The notes under the pieces are model-generated. The model made no database searches. It saw nothing but the letters and a program-made list of their open reading frames with translations, and was not told the DNA's origin. A program made the position numbers and the translations under genes. Shown here piece after piece: positions 30,777 through 38,638 of a stretch of 64,000 nt of DNA. This DNA comes from a virus (taxonomy: Duplodnaviria > Caudoviricetes): positions 174,366-238,365 of IMG/VR virus record IMGVR_UViG_3300028591_000078; one strand, written 5' to 3'. Within the stretch, counting starts at the first letter, position 1. Every line of letters starts with the position of its first letter.

Positions 30777-31811
30777 TTAGGTATGAGTTCCATACAGGTA
30801 TCCAGCAGGACAAGTTGTAGTATCTGCAGCTCTAGTACCAAATCCTATATTTCTTAAACAGCTAAGATAATAGTAGCTATCACCAGTAGAAGTCTTATGA
30901 TTCTCAGTTGTTTCAGCAAGACTACTTGCATAGTTTGCATTTATTGCATTTAATGCAGAGCCACCAGCAGAATCTGATCCGGCATAATTATGTGTATGGG
31001 ACTTAGGAGCATAAGCAGTGTCATGGTTATGAGTAGCAATAGCAAAGTATGAATCAGGTCTATATGCCGCGCTATCTATAGCATGAACCTTTATATTCTG
31101 AACAGAACCATTTATAGTAAACTGTATATTACCATTTATAGAGCTTTCAGCAGCACTTGTAACACCAGTATTAGTGATTGTAGATCCAGTTACATTTATA
31201 CCAGTACCACCAGTATATGCAGTACCAGCAGGCAGAGGTGCAGTTGCAGTATGATCATCACCATATGTATATACAATATTACCGTTTTCGACATTGATAG
31301 ACTTTACATATGTACCCTTGATATTATTACCGCTCTGATCAGCAATAGCCTTATCAGCAGTACCATGAATATTACCAGTAAATCCATACTGCGATCCAAT
31401 GCTACCATCATCACATACATAGAGATGTCCTATAACAGCGCCATCGTGAAAGTATATATGCTTAGCGATATGAGTTTCACCCTGATCATTTATAAGGGCA
31501 ATACCAGTTTCACCAGTATCAGAGATCTTATATCCATTGATTGAATCTGCATTCAGATCAGGCATAGAATCTACAGTAGTTTTCAACCATTCTTTATCTA
31601 CAGATATAGTACCAGTAGATGCGATATAGATTATACCTTCACCGGCCTTAATAGATGATCCACTACCAGGATCTACATAGTCATCATATATATAATATAC
31701 TGTCTTGGTGTTATGATTAATCTCACCAGTACTAATCTTCAAAAGCCATTCGGATTTCTTTATTGGAACAGGCTCATTATTACGATTTTTAAGTCCGTTT
31801 ATTACAGGCAT
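30777..31811 (-). CDS. Tail fibre protein ending without a large receptor domain
   Basis: HNHD/HTH metal motifs, YTGGTGI, C-terminus CPAGYLYGTHT; late promoter at 31842-31853. Confidence 0.7.
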   Translation of the reverse strand: MPVINGLKNRNNEPVPIKKSEWLLKISTGEINHNTKTVYYIYDDYVDPGSGSSIKAGEGIIYIASTGTISVDKEWLKTTVDSMPDLNADSINGYKISDTGETGIALINDQGETHIAKHIYFHDGAVIGHLYVCDDGSIGSQYGFTGNIHGTADKAIADQSGNNIKGTYVKSINVENGNIVYTYGDDHTATAPLPAGTAYTGGTGINVTGSTITNTGVTSAAESSINGNIQFTINGSVQNIKVHAIDSAAYRPDSYFAIATHNHDTAYAPKSHTHNYAGSDSAGGSALNAINANYASSLAETTENHKTSTGDSYYYLSCLRNIGFGTRAADTTTCPAGYLYGTHT

Positions 31812-31885
31812 TGAATACTCCTCCTTTTATAAAGTGTATTTTAATATAAAGTTAATACTCTCCAAATAGCTAGTGATAGAAGAAT

Positions 31886-31913
31886 TACCCATGTACCAAT
31901 TGGTACATGGGTA
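31886..31913. terminator. Terminator after paralog 5
   Basis: Perfect palindrome tacccatgtaccaa/ttggtacatgggta; near copy at 33632-33656. Confidence 0.65.
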
Positions 31914-31917
31914 TATA

Positions 31918-32607
31918 TTAATCATCAAAAGTAAGAATATTGAATACTCTAACTTTATCATTACCTGGATATACAGATATATTTGATTTGGCTTGAGATT
32001 TTGTAACACTACTATTTAACTGAAAAGCTTGTGATATAATAAAATTATTACCACTAAGAGTATATAGCATTACATTACTGTCAACTCCTCTAAATCCTGG
32101 TTTATATGGATATATAATGTATTGTGATTGCCCAGAACCTATTTGAATCGGAGCTCCACTTAATTCGAGCATAGCCCACGAATAACCAGTATTATTGGAA
32201 TAATAACTTTGACCTTGTTTTAACTTATACCATGACTGGGAACTAATAAGTTCATTTTGAAAACTATAAATAGTATTAGTACTTGTGGCTGTCAAACTTG
32301 TATATACTTCATCTGTATAAGTAGTTGCATCAGCATCTGGATCATCACTTCGAAAATTTAAAGCAATATAAGAAGGTGTACATCCAAGATCTATAGTCTT
32401 TATTGGAATTACAAAATTTTCCATATTTGCATATGTTGATGTAGGAGTTTTAGTTCCCCATCTAGGATAATTATTAATTATAGTGCTTCTAAATTCAGCA
32501 GGACTCATATCACAAGTATCGCTAGTAATTTTAAAAGTTTGAAAGAACTTGGCACTTGCTTTACTAAGATCTTTAATACTACCATTCTCATTAACATATA
32601 CTGCCAT
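31918..32607 (-). CDS. Tail-tip/adhesin paralog 5
   Basis: Start MAVYVNENGSIKDL at 32607 after GAGGTG. Confidence 0.65.
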   Translation of the reverse strand: MAVYVNENGSIKDLSKASAKFFQTFKITSDTCDMSPAEFRSTIINNYPRWGTKTPTSTYANMENFVIPIKTIDLGCTPSYIALNFRSDDPDADATTYTDEVYTSLTATSTNTIYSFQNELISSQSWYKLKQGQSYYSNNTGYSWAMLELSGAPIQIGSGQSQYIIYPYKPGFRGVDSNVMLYTLSGNNFIISQAFQLNSSVTKSQAKSNISVYPGNDKVRVFNILTFDD

Positions 32608-32653
32608 ACTAAGGCACCTCACGTTCATTAAATTTTTATTCCTATTTATTTTG

Positions 32654-32683
32654 CTAAACTTAAAAGTAAACTTTTAAGTTTAG
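32654..32683. promoter_or_regulatory. Palindromic switch promoter 5, pointing away from 32607
   Basis: Identical to 26029-26058. Confidence 0.7.
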
Positions 32684-32770
32684 TCGAAAATTAAAAATTA
32701 CATACGGCCATAGCGAGGCAATATATGATCATACCCATTTTAGGGTATGATCTTTGAAATATTTTTCTAT

Positions 32771-32845
32771 AACCTATATAACTTATTGGTTTTACCAATA
32801 AGTTATATAGGTTTAAATCGTGTAAAACACTTAAGTTATATAGGT
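32771..32845. promoter_or_regulatory. Palindromic switch promoter 6 (19-bp arms) plus half-site with flipped loop
   Basis: aacctatataacttattgg-tttta-ccaataagttatataggtt (minus strand AACT-TATTGG-TA), then gtg-taaaa-cacttaagttatataggt. Confidence 0.7.
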
Positions 32846-32872
32846 GTAAAATTTTGAAGGAAGGTTTGATAT

Positions 32873-33625
32873 ATGTCTTTATGGGTTAATGAAAATGGTA
32901 CTATGAAAGAAATTGCTACAGATAAGGATAGTACTGGTGCATATAAATGTACTAGAGATCTTGTATACTGTAAATGGTCATATAACAATGTAGCACGAGA
33001 AGGATATCAAGGATATCAGGGTATTACTGCTGCTACATTAGGATTAACAAAAACTATATTAGTTGATAAAAAGACTGGTTCTGGTCAGAGTGGATCTTAT
33101 TCATATCCATCTCGTGATATAAGTATAAAAGATCTTGATGAAAGTTATAAAAAGACTATTTATACTGGAACATTTCCTCGTAATATGTGTCCAAATGCAG
33201 CAATGGTATCACAAATCAGAACTGATACACTAATCAGTTCTGATACTGGTTTGGTTTTAAAACAATATTTTATTAGTAATACTGCTGAATTTGATAAGTT
33301 TTTAGAAGTTGGTGATTCTTTTAGTAGTATTGTTGGATGCGGATACCCAATTGCAGATGATTATAGTAATAATGCCTCTAAATCTAGTGACCCTAGAAAT
33401 TGGTCGTCAAAAGTTGAACTGAGAGCTATGGGAGAATGCTTAGATGGTATTAATTATAGATTCTATGTAGTACTAGCTAGAACTTCTGACATTACAGAAC
33501 AGGCAGCTTTAACTACAAAACTGTATTCTTATCATAGATTAAATTCTCCAGGATTTGATTATAAATGGATTGGTACTTATTTAATTCAACATATACCATC
33601 ATACACTGAATATACTATAGAATAA
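32873..33625 (+). CDS. Tail-tip/adhesin paralog 6
   Basis: MSLWVNENGTMKEIAT; leader nearly identical to that of 24420. Confidence 0.65.
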   Translation: MSLWVNENGTMKEIATDKDSTGAYKCTRDLVYCKWSYNNVAREGYQGYQGITAATLGLTKTILVDKKTGSGQSGSYSYPSRDISIKDLDESYKKTIYTGTFPRNMCPNAAMVSQIRTDTLISSDTGLVLKQYFISNTAEFDKFLEVGDSFSSIVGCGYPIADDYSNNASKSSDPRNWSSKVELRAMGECLDGINYRFYVVLARTSDITEQAALTTKLYSYHRLNSPGFDYKWIGTYLIQHIPSYTEYTIE

Positions 33626-33688
33626 TATAAAACCCGTGTACCATTGGTACACGGGTATATTATTTTATTGAAAGCTCATTACGTTACC

Positions 33689-34006
33689 TTAATTGTATGC
33701 CTTTGTCTGTAAGTATATGATCTCATAGCCATATTCTTTTGCACAGATGTGTTCTATATTACATCCACGTGCAGTATTATATCCATCTACAAATGCAACG
33801 ACATCTGCATTAGACATAAGCTTGAGACTGTCTGCAAGATACCATAATGGCTTAGCATCTACAGGAGCATCCTTGAAGAAACTATCGATGATTTCTATCT
33901 CTTCTTCTCTATATCTTTCCTTTATTTCCTTGATTGCCTCTTCTCGTGTAGCAAGAATCTGCTCATCTGAGAGACTTCTCATCGGCTGAGAGATAAATAC
34001 CTTCAT
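33689..34006 (-). CDS. DUF4406 / nucleoside deoxyribosyltransferase-fold protein
   Basis: MKVFISQPM...ADVVAFVDGYNTARGCNIEH. Confidence 0.75.
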   Translation of the reverse strand: MKVFISQPMRSLSDEQILATREEAIKEIKERYREEEIEIIDSFFKDAPVDAKPLWYLADSLKLMSNADVVAFVDGYNTARGCNIEHICAKEYGYEIIYLQTKAYN

Positions 34007-34060
34007 AACTATATCATCCTTTCTTTTGAATATATTATATAGTTATTGAGGATTTGCCTT

Positions 34061-34465
34061 TTAATACACTACAAATACACCATACTTTATTGAACTGTCA
34101 CTTTTTACAATTAGTGTTGTTGCATTATTTGTATCTTTTGCTAAGTTAATATATGCTCCACCTCTACCAGCATTAACACTATAGTTCCAACCTATATTTC
34201 TACTAGTAATTTCCTCACCATTATAAGTAGTAAATACCATATCTTCAACTTTTATTATTACTGGAACTCTTACTGTAGTTTCTGTCTCCACATGGAGAGG
34301 TATAAGTACTATATATTTATAATTAGTATAATTAGGTATACTAACAGAATCATCCGTTGTTCTAGTACCAAAATATTTGATACCATTTATTACAAATCCA
34401 TTACTATAATCTGTTTTTTCAGTTAAGTTTTTTAAAGTTCCATTTTCATTTGCATAAATAGCCAT
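34061..34465 (-). CDS. Tail-tip/adhesin paralog 7
   Basis: MAIYANENGTLKNLT...NGFVINGIKYFG. Confidence 0.65.
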   Translation of the reverse strand: MAIYANENGTLKNLTEKTDYSNGFVINGIKYFGTRTTDDSVSIPNYTNYKYIVLIPLHVETETTVRVPVIIKVEDMVFTTYNGEEITSRNIGWNYSVNAGRGGAYINLAKDTNNATTLIVKSDSSIKYGVFVVY

Positions 34466-34480
34466 AAAATCAAAATCCTC

Positions 34481-34512
34481 CTAAACTTTTCAAGTAAACT
34501 TGAAAAGTTTAG
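34481..34512. promoter_or_regulatory. Palindromic switch promoter 7 (14-bp arms), pointing away from 34465
   Basis: ctaaacttttcaag-taaa-cttgaaaagtttag; plus strand AACT-N7-TA (one longer than consensus). Confidence 0.55.
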
Positions 34513-34594
34513 TCATTTAAAAATTAATTTGATCAAAAATTTTGGCTATTCATATACGGCCACAATGTGGTCGTATGTAATTTTTAATTTTTGA

Positions 34595-34624
34595 CTAAAC
34601 TTAAAAGTTTACTTTTAAGTTTAG
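34595..34624. promoter_or_regulatory. Palindromic switch promoter 8, pointing away from 34673
   Basis: ctaaacttaaaag-ttta-cttttaagtttag; minus strand AACT-TAAAAG-TA. Confidence 0.7.
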
Positions 34625-34672
34625 CAAAATAAATAGGAATAAAAATTATTTACGATCATAAGGAGGCTTACT

Positions 34673-35128
34673 ATGGCCGTATATGTTAATGAGAATGGTA
34701 CAGTGCAAACGTTAGCTACAGATGGCGAACCATTAAACATGTCAGTTCAACATTATACAGCAAAATTTATTTATGCATATGCTCAGAGTAATCCATGGCG
34801 TGGATCTGGCTTTGAAGACCAAAGTTTTACTTTACCATTTACTCCAAAAGCTTTTGTTGTAGCTTATGATAATGCAAAAATGCCAGTAGAACACGCTGAC
34901 AGTACAAACAGTCATCGTATTATAACATCAAGAGATATTGCAATAGGTGATAACTCAATAGATATAACTGCCTCTTTTACCACTAACCATAAAAGCGTTT
35001 ATTATCATTATTTTAAAATTAATGGTAATACAGTCACTATACCAAAGACTACATATACTAGTTTTGCTCTTCCTTCGGTAGCATCTCACACTTTCATAAT
35101 AAATTTTGATGTAATCTTTTTCTATTAA
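34673..35128 (+). CDS. Tail-tip/adhesin paralog 8
   Basis: MAVYVNENGTVQTLAT; LPFTPKAFVV. Confidence 0.65.
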   Translation: MAVYVNENGTVQTLATDGEPLNMSVQHYTAKFIYAYAQSNPWRGSGFEDQSFTLPFTPKAFVVAYDNAKMPVEHADSTNSHRIITSRDIAIGDNSIDITASFTTNHKSVYYHYFKINGNTVTIPKTTYTSFALPSVASHTFIINFDVIFFY

Positions 35129-35166
35129 ACAAAATTTACCCACAGGGAAAACCCTGTGGGTATTTA

Positions 35167-35601
35167 TTATGTAAGTCCGAATACAAGATACTTAGGATAA
35201 TAGTTTGCACCATTGTCATGAAACTTAATATTTAATCCAGTAGAATTTATTAGAGTTGCTTTTATTATTAATCCACCTCTACCAGCAGAACCACTATAGG
35301 CCCATCCAACAGATCTAGTAGTTGCTCCATTAAGGCCTCCAGAAGTTTGAAAAGTTAAAGGTGTTTCTAATATAAACATTCCACAAGAAAGTCGCATGCT
35401 TGCGGTAGGATCATCAGGCTGTATAGGAAGTCCTATGATATATTTATATCCTGTATAATTAGCAATATCAATTCCGACTTCAGTACTAGCATGCTCTACA
35501 GTACCAAGATACTTGATACCATTGATTACAAAACCATCACCATAGTCAGTCTTGTTGGTCAGTTCTTTCATTACACTGTTTTCATTAGCATAAATCGCCA
35601 T
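35167..35601 (-). CDS. Tail-tip/adhesin paralog 9
   Basis: Start MAIYANENSVMKELT at 35601; DGFVINGIKYLG. Confidence 0.65.
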   Translation of the reverse strand: MAIYANENSVMKELTNKTDYGDGFVINGIKYLGTVEHASTEVGIDIANYTGYKYIIGLPIQPDDPTASMRLSCGMFILETPLTFQTSGGLNGATTRSVGWAYSGSAGRGGLIIKATLINSTGLNIKFHDNGANYYPKYLVFGLT

Positions 35602-35642
35602 AACTCTTAAATCTCCCATATATAAAATTTTCAGTTTTATGG

Positions 35643-35685
35643 CTTAAGAATTATTACTAAGAACTTCTTAGTAATAATTCTTAAG
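35643..35685 (+). promoter_or_regulatory. Palindromic switch promoter 9 (21-bp arms, 1-nt centre), ON for 35732 and OFF for 35601
   Basis: cttaagaattattactaagaa-C-ttcttagtaataattcttaag; plus AACT-TCTTAG-TA, minus AAGT-TCTTAG-TA. Confidence 0.75.
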
Positions 35686-35731
35686 GTGAATTATGATAAA
35701 ACTGAAAATAAAATCATAGAAGGTTTTATTT

Positions 35732-36166
35732 ATGGCAGTATATGCAAATGAAAATGGCAATATTAAGGAATTAACTAGTAAGGTAGACCTTGGTAATGGC
35801 TTTGTTATAAACGGTATAGAATACTTAGGAGAATATCTTCCTTCTCAAAGAGATGGAACTTTTACTTTACCAAAACCATATACAAGCTATAAGTATTTAG
35901 TTGTGTATGATTTCTATGGTAAGAAAAATAATGGAGAAGCTAGCTGGACTAATGTAAAACAGCATTCATGCCTAGAATTTATAGATACATCACTGATTAA
36001 TCCAAGTGATAGATACACATATGATGGATATATGGTTGGAGGGGATGATCCAACTACAAGTAACAAATTATGCTGTATTATTGAATTTGGTAATACTACG
36101 ACATTAAGTATAGACTGTGGAAATTATTATAGTTATAATAGTATAAAATTTTTCGGTATATACTAA
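35732..36166 (+). CDS. Tail-tip/adhesin paralog 10
   Basis: MAVYANENGNIKELT...NGFVINGIEYLG. Confidence 0.65.
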   Translation: MAVYANENGNIKELTSKVDLGNGFVINGIEYLGEYLPSQRDGTFTLPKPYTSYKYLVVYDFYGKKNNGEASWTNVKQHSCLEFIDTSLINPSDRYTYDGYMVGGDDPTTSNKLCCIIEFGNTTTLSIDCGNYYSYNSIKFFGIY

Positions 36167-36171
36167 AAAAT

Positions 36172-36196
36172 AAACGGGTGGAAGTTCCACCCGTTT
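36172..36196. terminator. Bidirectional terminator ending the array
   Basis: aaacgggtggaa-g-ttccacccgttt with flanking A/T tracts. Confidence 0.75.
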
Positions 36197-36207
36197 TATT
36201 TTATGTC

Positions 36208-38304
36208 TTAGTCAATTACTAAAGCCTTGAAGTTCTCTTTATCCTCATCAGTCTTAAGCTCACCTATTCTTATAAGCTCCTTATATTCATAAGGAGTTAT
36301 ATAATAGATATACTTATAATACATCTTAATATCCTTGATAGGCCTAATTCTGTTGAATGGTAAGATCTTTCCAGCTGATAAGCGTAAGCGATGTAATATA
36401 AACAGATTTTTAATAGCACTACTTGGAAGATCAGTGCTATTGTTTATATCACCTAAGATACATTGTACTGTATCATTGCGAAGCGATATTATCTGATCTA
36501 TATACGGAAATGCATCATTTACACTTGCCGTGTAAACATAGTCAGAAAATAAATCATAAAACGTCGCTCTATTGGGAGCAAATCTACCAAAATAGTTCAT
36601 TGGTTCTACCGCATTCATATATGTCGAAAGATCTATCTTCTTGTTTATAAAGAGTCTAGGATTCTTTATAATTATCTCACGGCCATTATCTTCAGAGAAG
36701 TGATCGCATAAGATATTTACAAAGCTTACAGGAATATTAGGGTTATTAGCCCATTTTAATCCTCTAAAGTGAAGGACATCATTCCAGTATCCTAAACAAG
36801 ACAATATGATATTGTACCCAGCATGGCTATAGTATGCTCTATAGAAACTTATAGCATCATCTGTCATATAAGTCTCATTTGTATTAGCGAACGCATTTCG
36901 ATAATCAACAGTTTCAGGATGCTTCTCCCACTGATATTGAGTGATTACGAATGAGGATGCTGCACCCCAATCTATATACTTATCGAATGTAGCTGCAAAC
37001 AGCTCAGTTATAGCTACAGATCTTGATACAGTCTGAACAGCCTTGTGCTTATAAGGTTCTTCAAGCAATTCCAATATTGGAATTATAAGATTTATATCGA
37101 TCTGTGCTAATTTATAAATCAAGCTATTTATATAGGAAGGATACAACTTGACTGCATCTTTGAGCATCTCTGCTACATTAGCATACTTATAAGATTCATC
37201 AAGTATCCGATTAATTATGAATTCATTTGCATTTATTACTATATCAGATACCATGTTGTCTAAGTTCTTATCTTTCCACTTAGACTCTTCTTTAGATTCC
37301 TGATACAGATTGAATTCTTTATAGCAATACTTCAGCAGATCATCTAATACTGTAGTAGTAATATGAGGATCTCCAAGGAAGATACACATATCAGTGTGAC
37401 ACATACCAAGCCCAGTATCGAAACAAGAAATGAATCCGATCTCACTGTCGATTACTCTTTTAAAGATAGCTTTATACTCATTAGTAGTAAACTTTCTCAT
37501 TCCTTTTACCACCATAGTTGCAGCTATATGAGTAGGAATTTCAGATATGTCCTTATCTACCATAGTTCTGGCCATATCAATATCGCTCTCAGTGATACCA
37601 CTTCTACGAATATACCAGTCTACACCTGTGCCGAGCTTGTATTTGCTTATATTTATATTCCTATCATCAGAGTTAGACTTGCCATCCATTATACCTTTGA
37701 CAATCTTAGAAGTAAGCTTATTAGAATACTTGTCAAAGAAGCTACGCTCTATAAAGAATGGCGTATAAGTTGCTAATGCATTCCAGAAGATTCCTTTTTT
37801 CTGACTTTCCATATCCTCAAGTATCATATTGACACTAGTCTCATGATCATAGATCTTGACTATATCAATATTCTGAGCACTGAGAAGCCGGAAATGATGT
37901 GCTATATTAGTATATTCTGGTGCATATATAGCTTCTTGTTTTATCAAGCCGTAAGCTTTTACTTTAACAAGCCGATAAGTATTTGAAGCTAGTAACAGAG
38001 GAAAAGCTTTATCCCTATAAGCTATAGCCGCTTCTTTAGGGGTAGTACCTATATTGATAGAATACTCACCATAGTTAATATTATTGTAGCTGAAATGCCT
38101 ATTGCTATTAGTATTAAAGTACTCATTTGCAATCATGGTGATTCCAACTTCATCAATATGGGAGTTGTCAATGTCACCGAATTTGTCTAACAAGACATAT
38201 GCATCAAGTGCATCTTCTTTCTGAAGATAGAACGGAAAGTCAATGTGATAGTCTCTTACCAGCGGGCTTTCAATATTAAGATTCTGAATCTCTATAGGTT
38301 TCAT
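36208..38304 (-). CDS. Hypothetical protein
   Basis: 698-aa ORF; AGGAGG RBS; overlaps upstream stop. Confidence 0.65.
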   Translation of the reverse strand: MKPIEIQNLNIESPLVRDYHIDFPFYLQKEDALDAYVLLDKFGDIDNSHIDEVGITMIANEYFNTNSNRHFSYNNINYGEYSINIGTTPKEAAIAYRDKAFPLLLASNTYRLVKVKAYGLIKQEAIYAPEYTNIAHHFRLLSAQNIDIVKIYDHETSVNMILEDMESQKKGIFWNALATYTPFFIERSFFDKYSNKLTSKIVKGIMDGKSNSDDRNINISKYKLGTGVDWYIRRSGITESDIDMARTMVDKDISEIPTHIAATMVVKGMRKFTTNEYKAIFKRVIDSEIGFISCFDTGLGMCHTDMCIFLGDPHITTTVLDDLLKYCYKEFNLYQESKEESKWKDKNLDNMVSDIVINANEFIINRILDESYKYANVAEMLKDAVKLYPSYINSLIYKLAQIDINLIIPILELLEEPYKHKAVQTVSRSVAITELFAATFDKYIDWGAASSFVITQYQWEKHPETVDYRNAFANTNETYMTDDAISFYRAYYSHAGYNIILSCLGYWNDVLHFRGLKWANNPNIPVSFVNILCDHFSEDNGREIIIKNPRLFINKKIDLSTYMNAVEPMNYFGRFAPNRATFYDLFSDYVYTASVNDAFPYIDQIISLRNDTVQCILGDINNSTDLPSSAIKNLFILHRLRLSAGKILPFNRIRPIKDIKMYYKYIYYITPYEYKELIRIGELKTDEDKENFKALVID

Positions 38305-38561
38305 GCTTTTATTCCTCCTCTTCTTTCAATCACATCAGTTGAGATAGCTAATGCATCAGAAAGCATCTGAATAGCAGTAGCTTTTTCCTCTGCCGAAATA
38401 TTAGGATTTGCAAGCATTGCTGATGCTTGCTGCGTCATCATACTAGCTTGTACTAAGTTAGGATCTACAGGCGATGAGTACTGGTGTATTCCAGTACACT
38501 TTGGGTCTCCGCAACTACAGATATTGCCTCTTGTTGCGCATGTCATCATTTCAGGAATCAT
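38301..38561 (-). CDS. Small early protein with Cys/His cluster
   Basis: Start MIPEMM after AGGAGG; CSCGDPKCTGIH. Confidence 0.55.
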   Translation of the reverse strand: MIPEMMTCATRGNICSCGDPKCTGIHQYSSPVDPNLVQASMMTQQASAMLANPNISAEEKATAIQMLSDALAISTDVIERRGGIKA

Positions 38562-38638
38562 ATATGAATTCCTCCTTTCTATTACACTATAATAGTATAT
38601 ATCTGAATTTATTTTAAATATCATAATAAACACTTGAA

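Noticed and set aside
24351-35685. Palindromes as CRISPR repeats
   Set aside because: They are kilobases apart, separated by whole genes, differ in sequence, and there is no regular repeat-spacer structure or cas operon.
24351-35685. Integron attC sites or tyrosine-recombinase shufflon sites
   Set aside because: The AAC...GTT core is suggestive, but stems lack extrahelical bases, sites lie upstream of genes in both orientations, spacers vary 1-5 nt and no integrase is in the window. The promoter reading explains the AAC. Not fully excluded.
24420-36166. Diversity-generating retroelement
   Set aside because: No reverse transcriptase and no TR/VR pair differing at adenines was seen.
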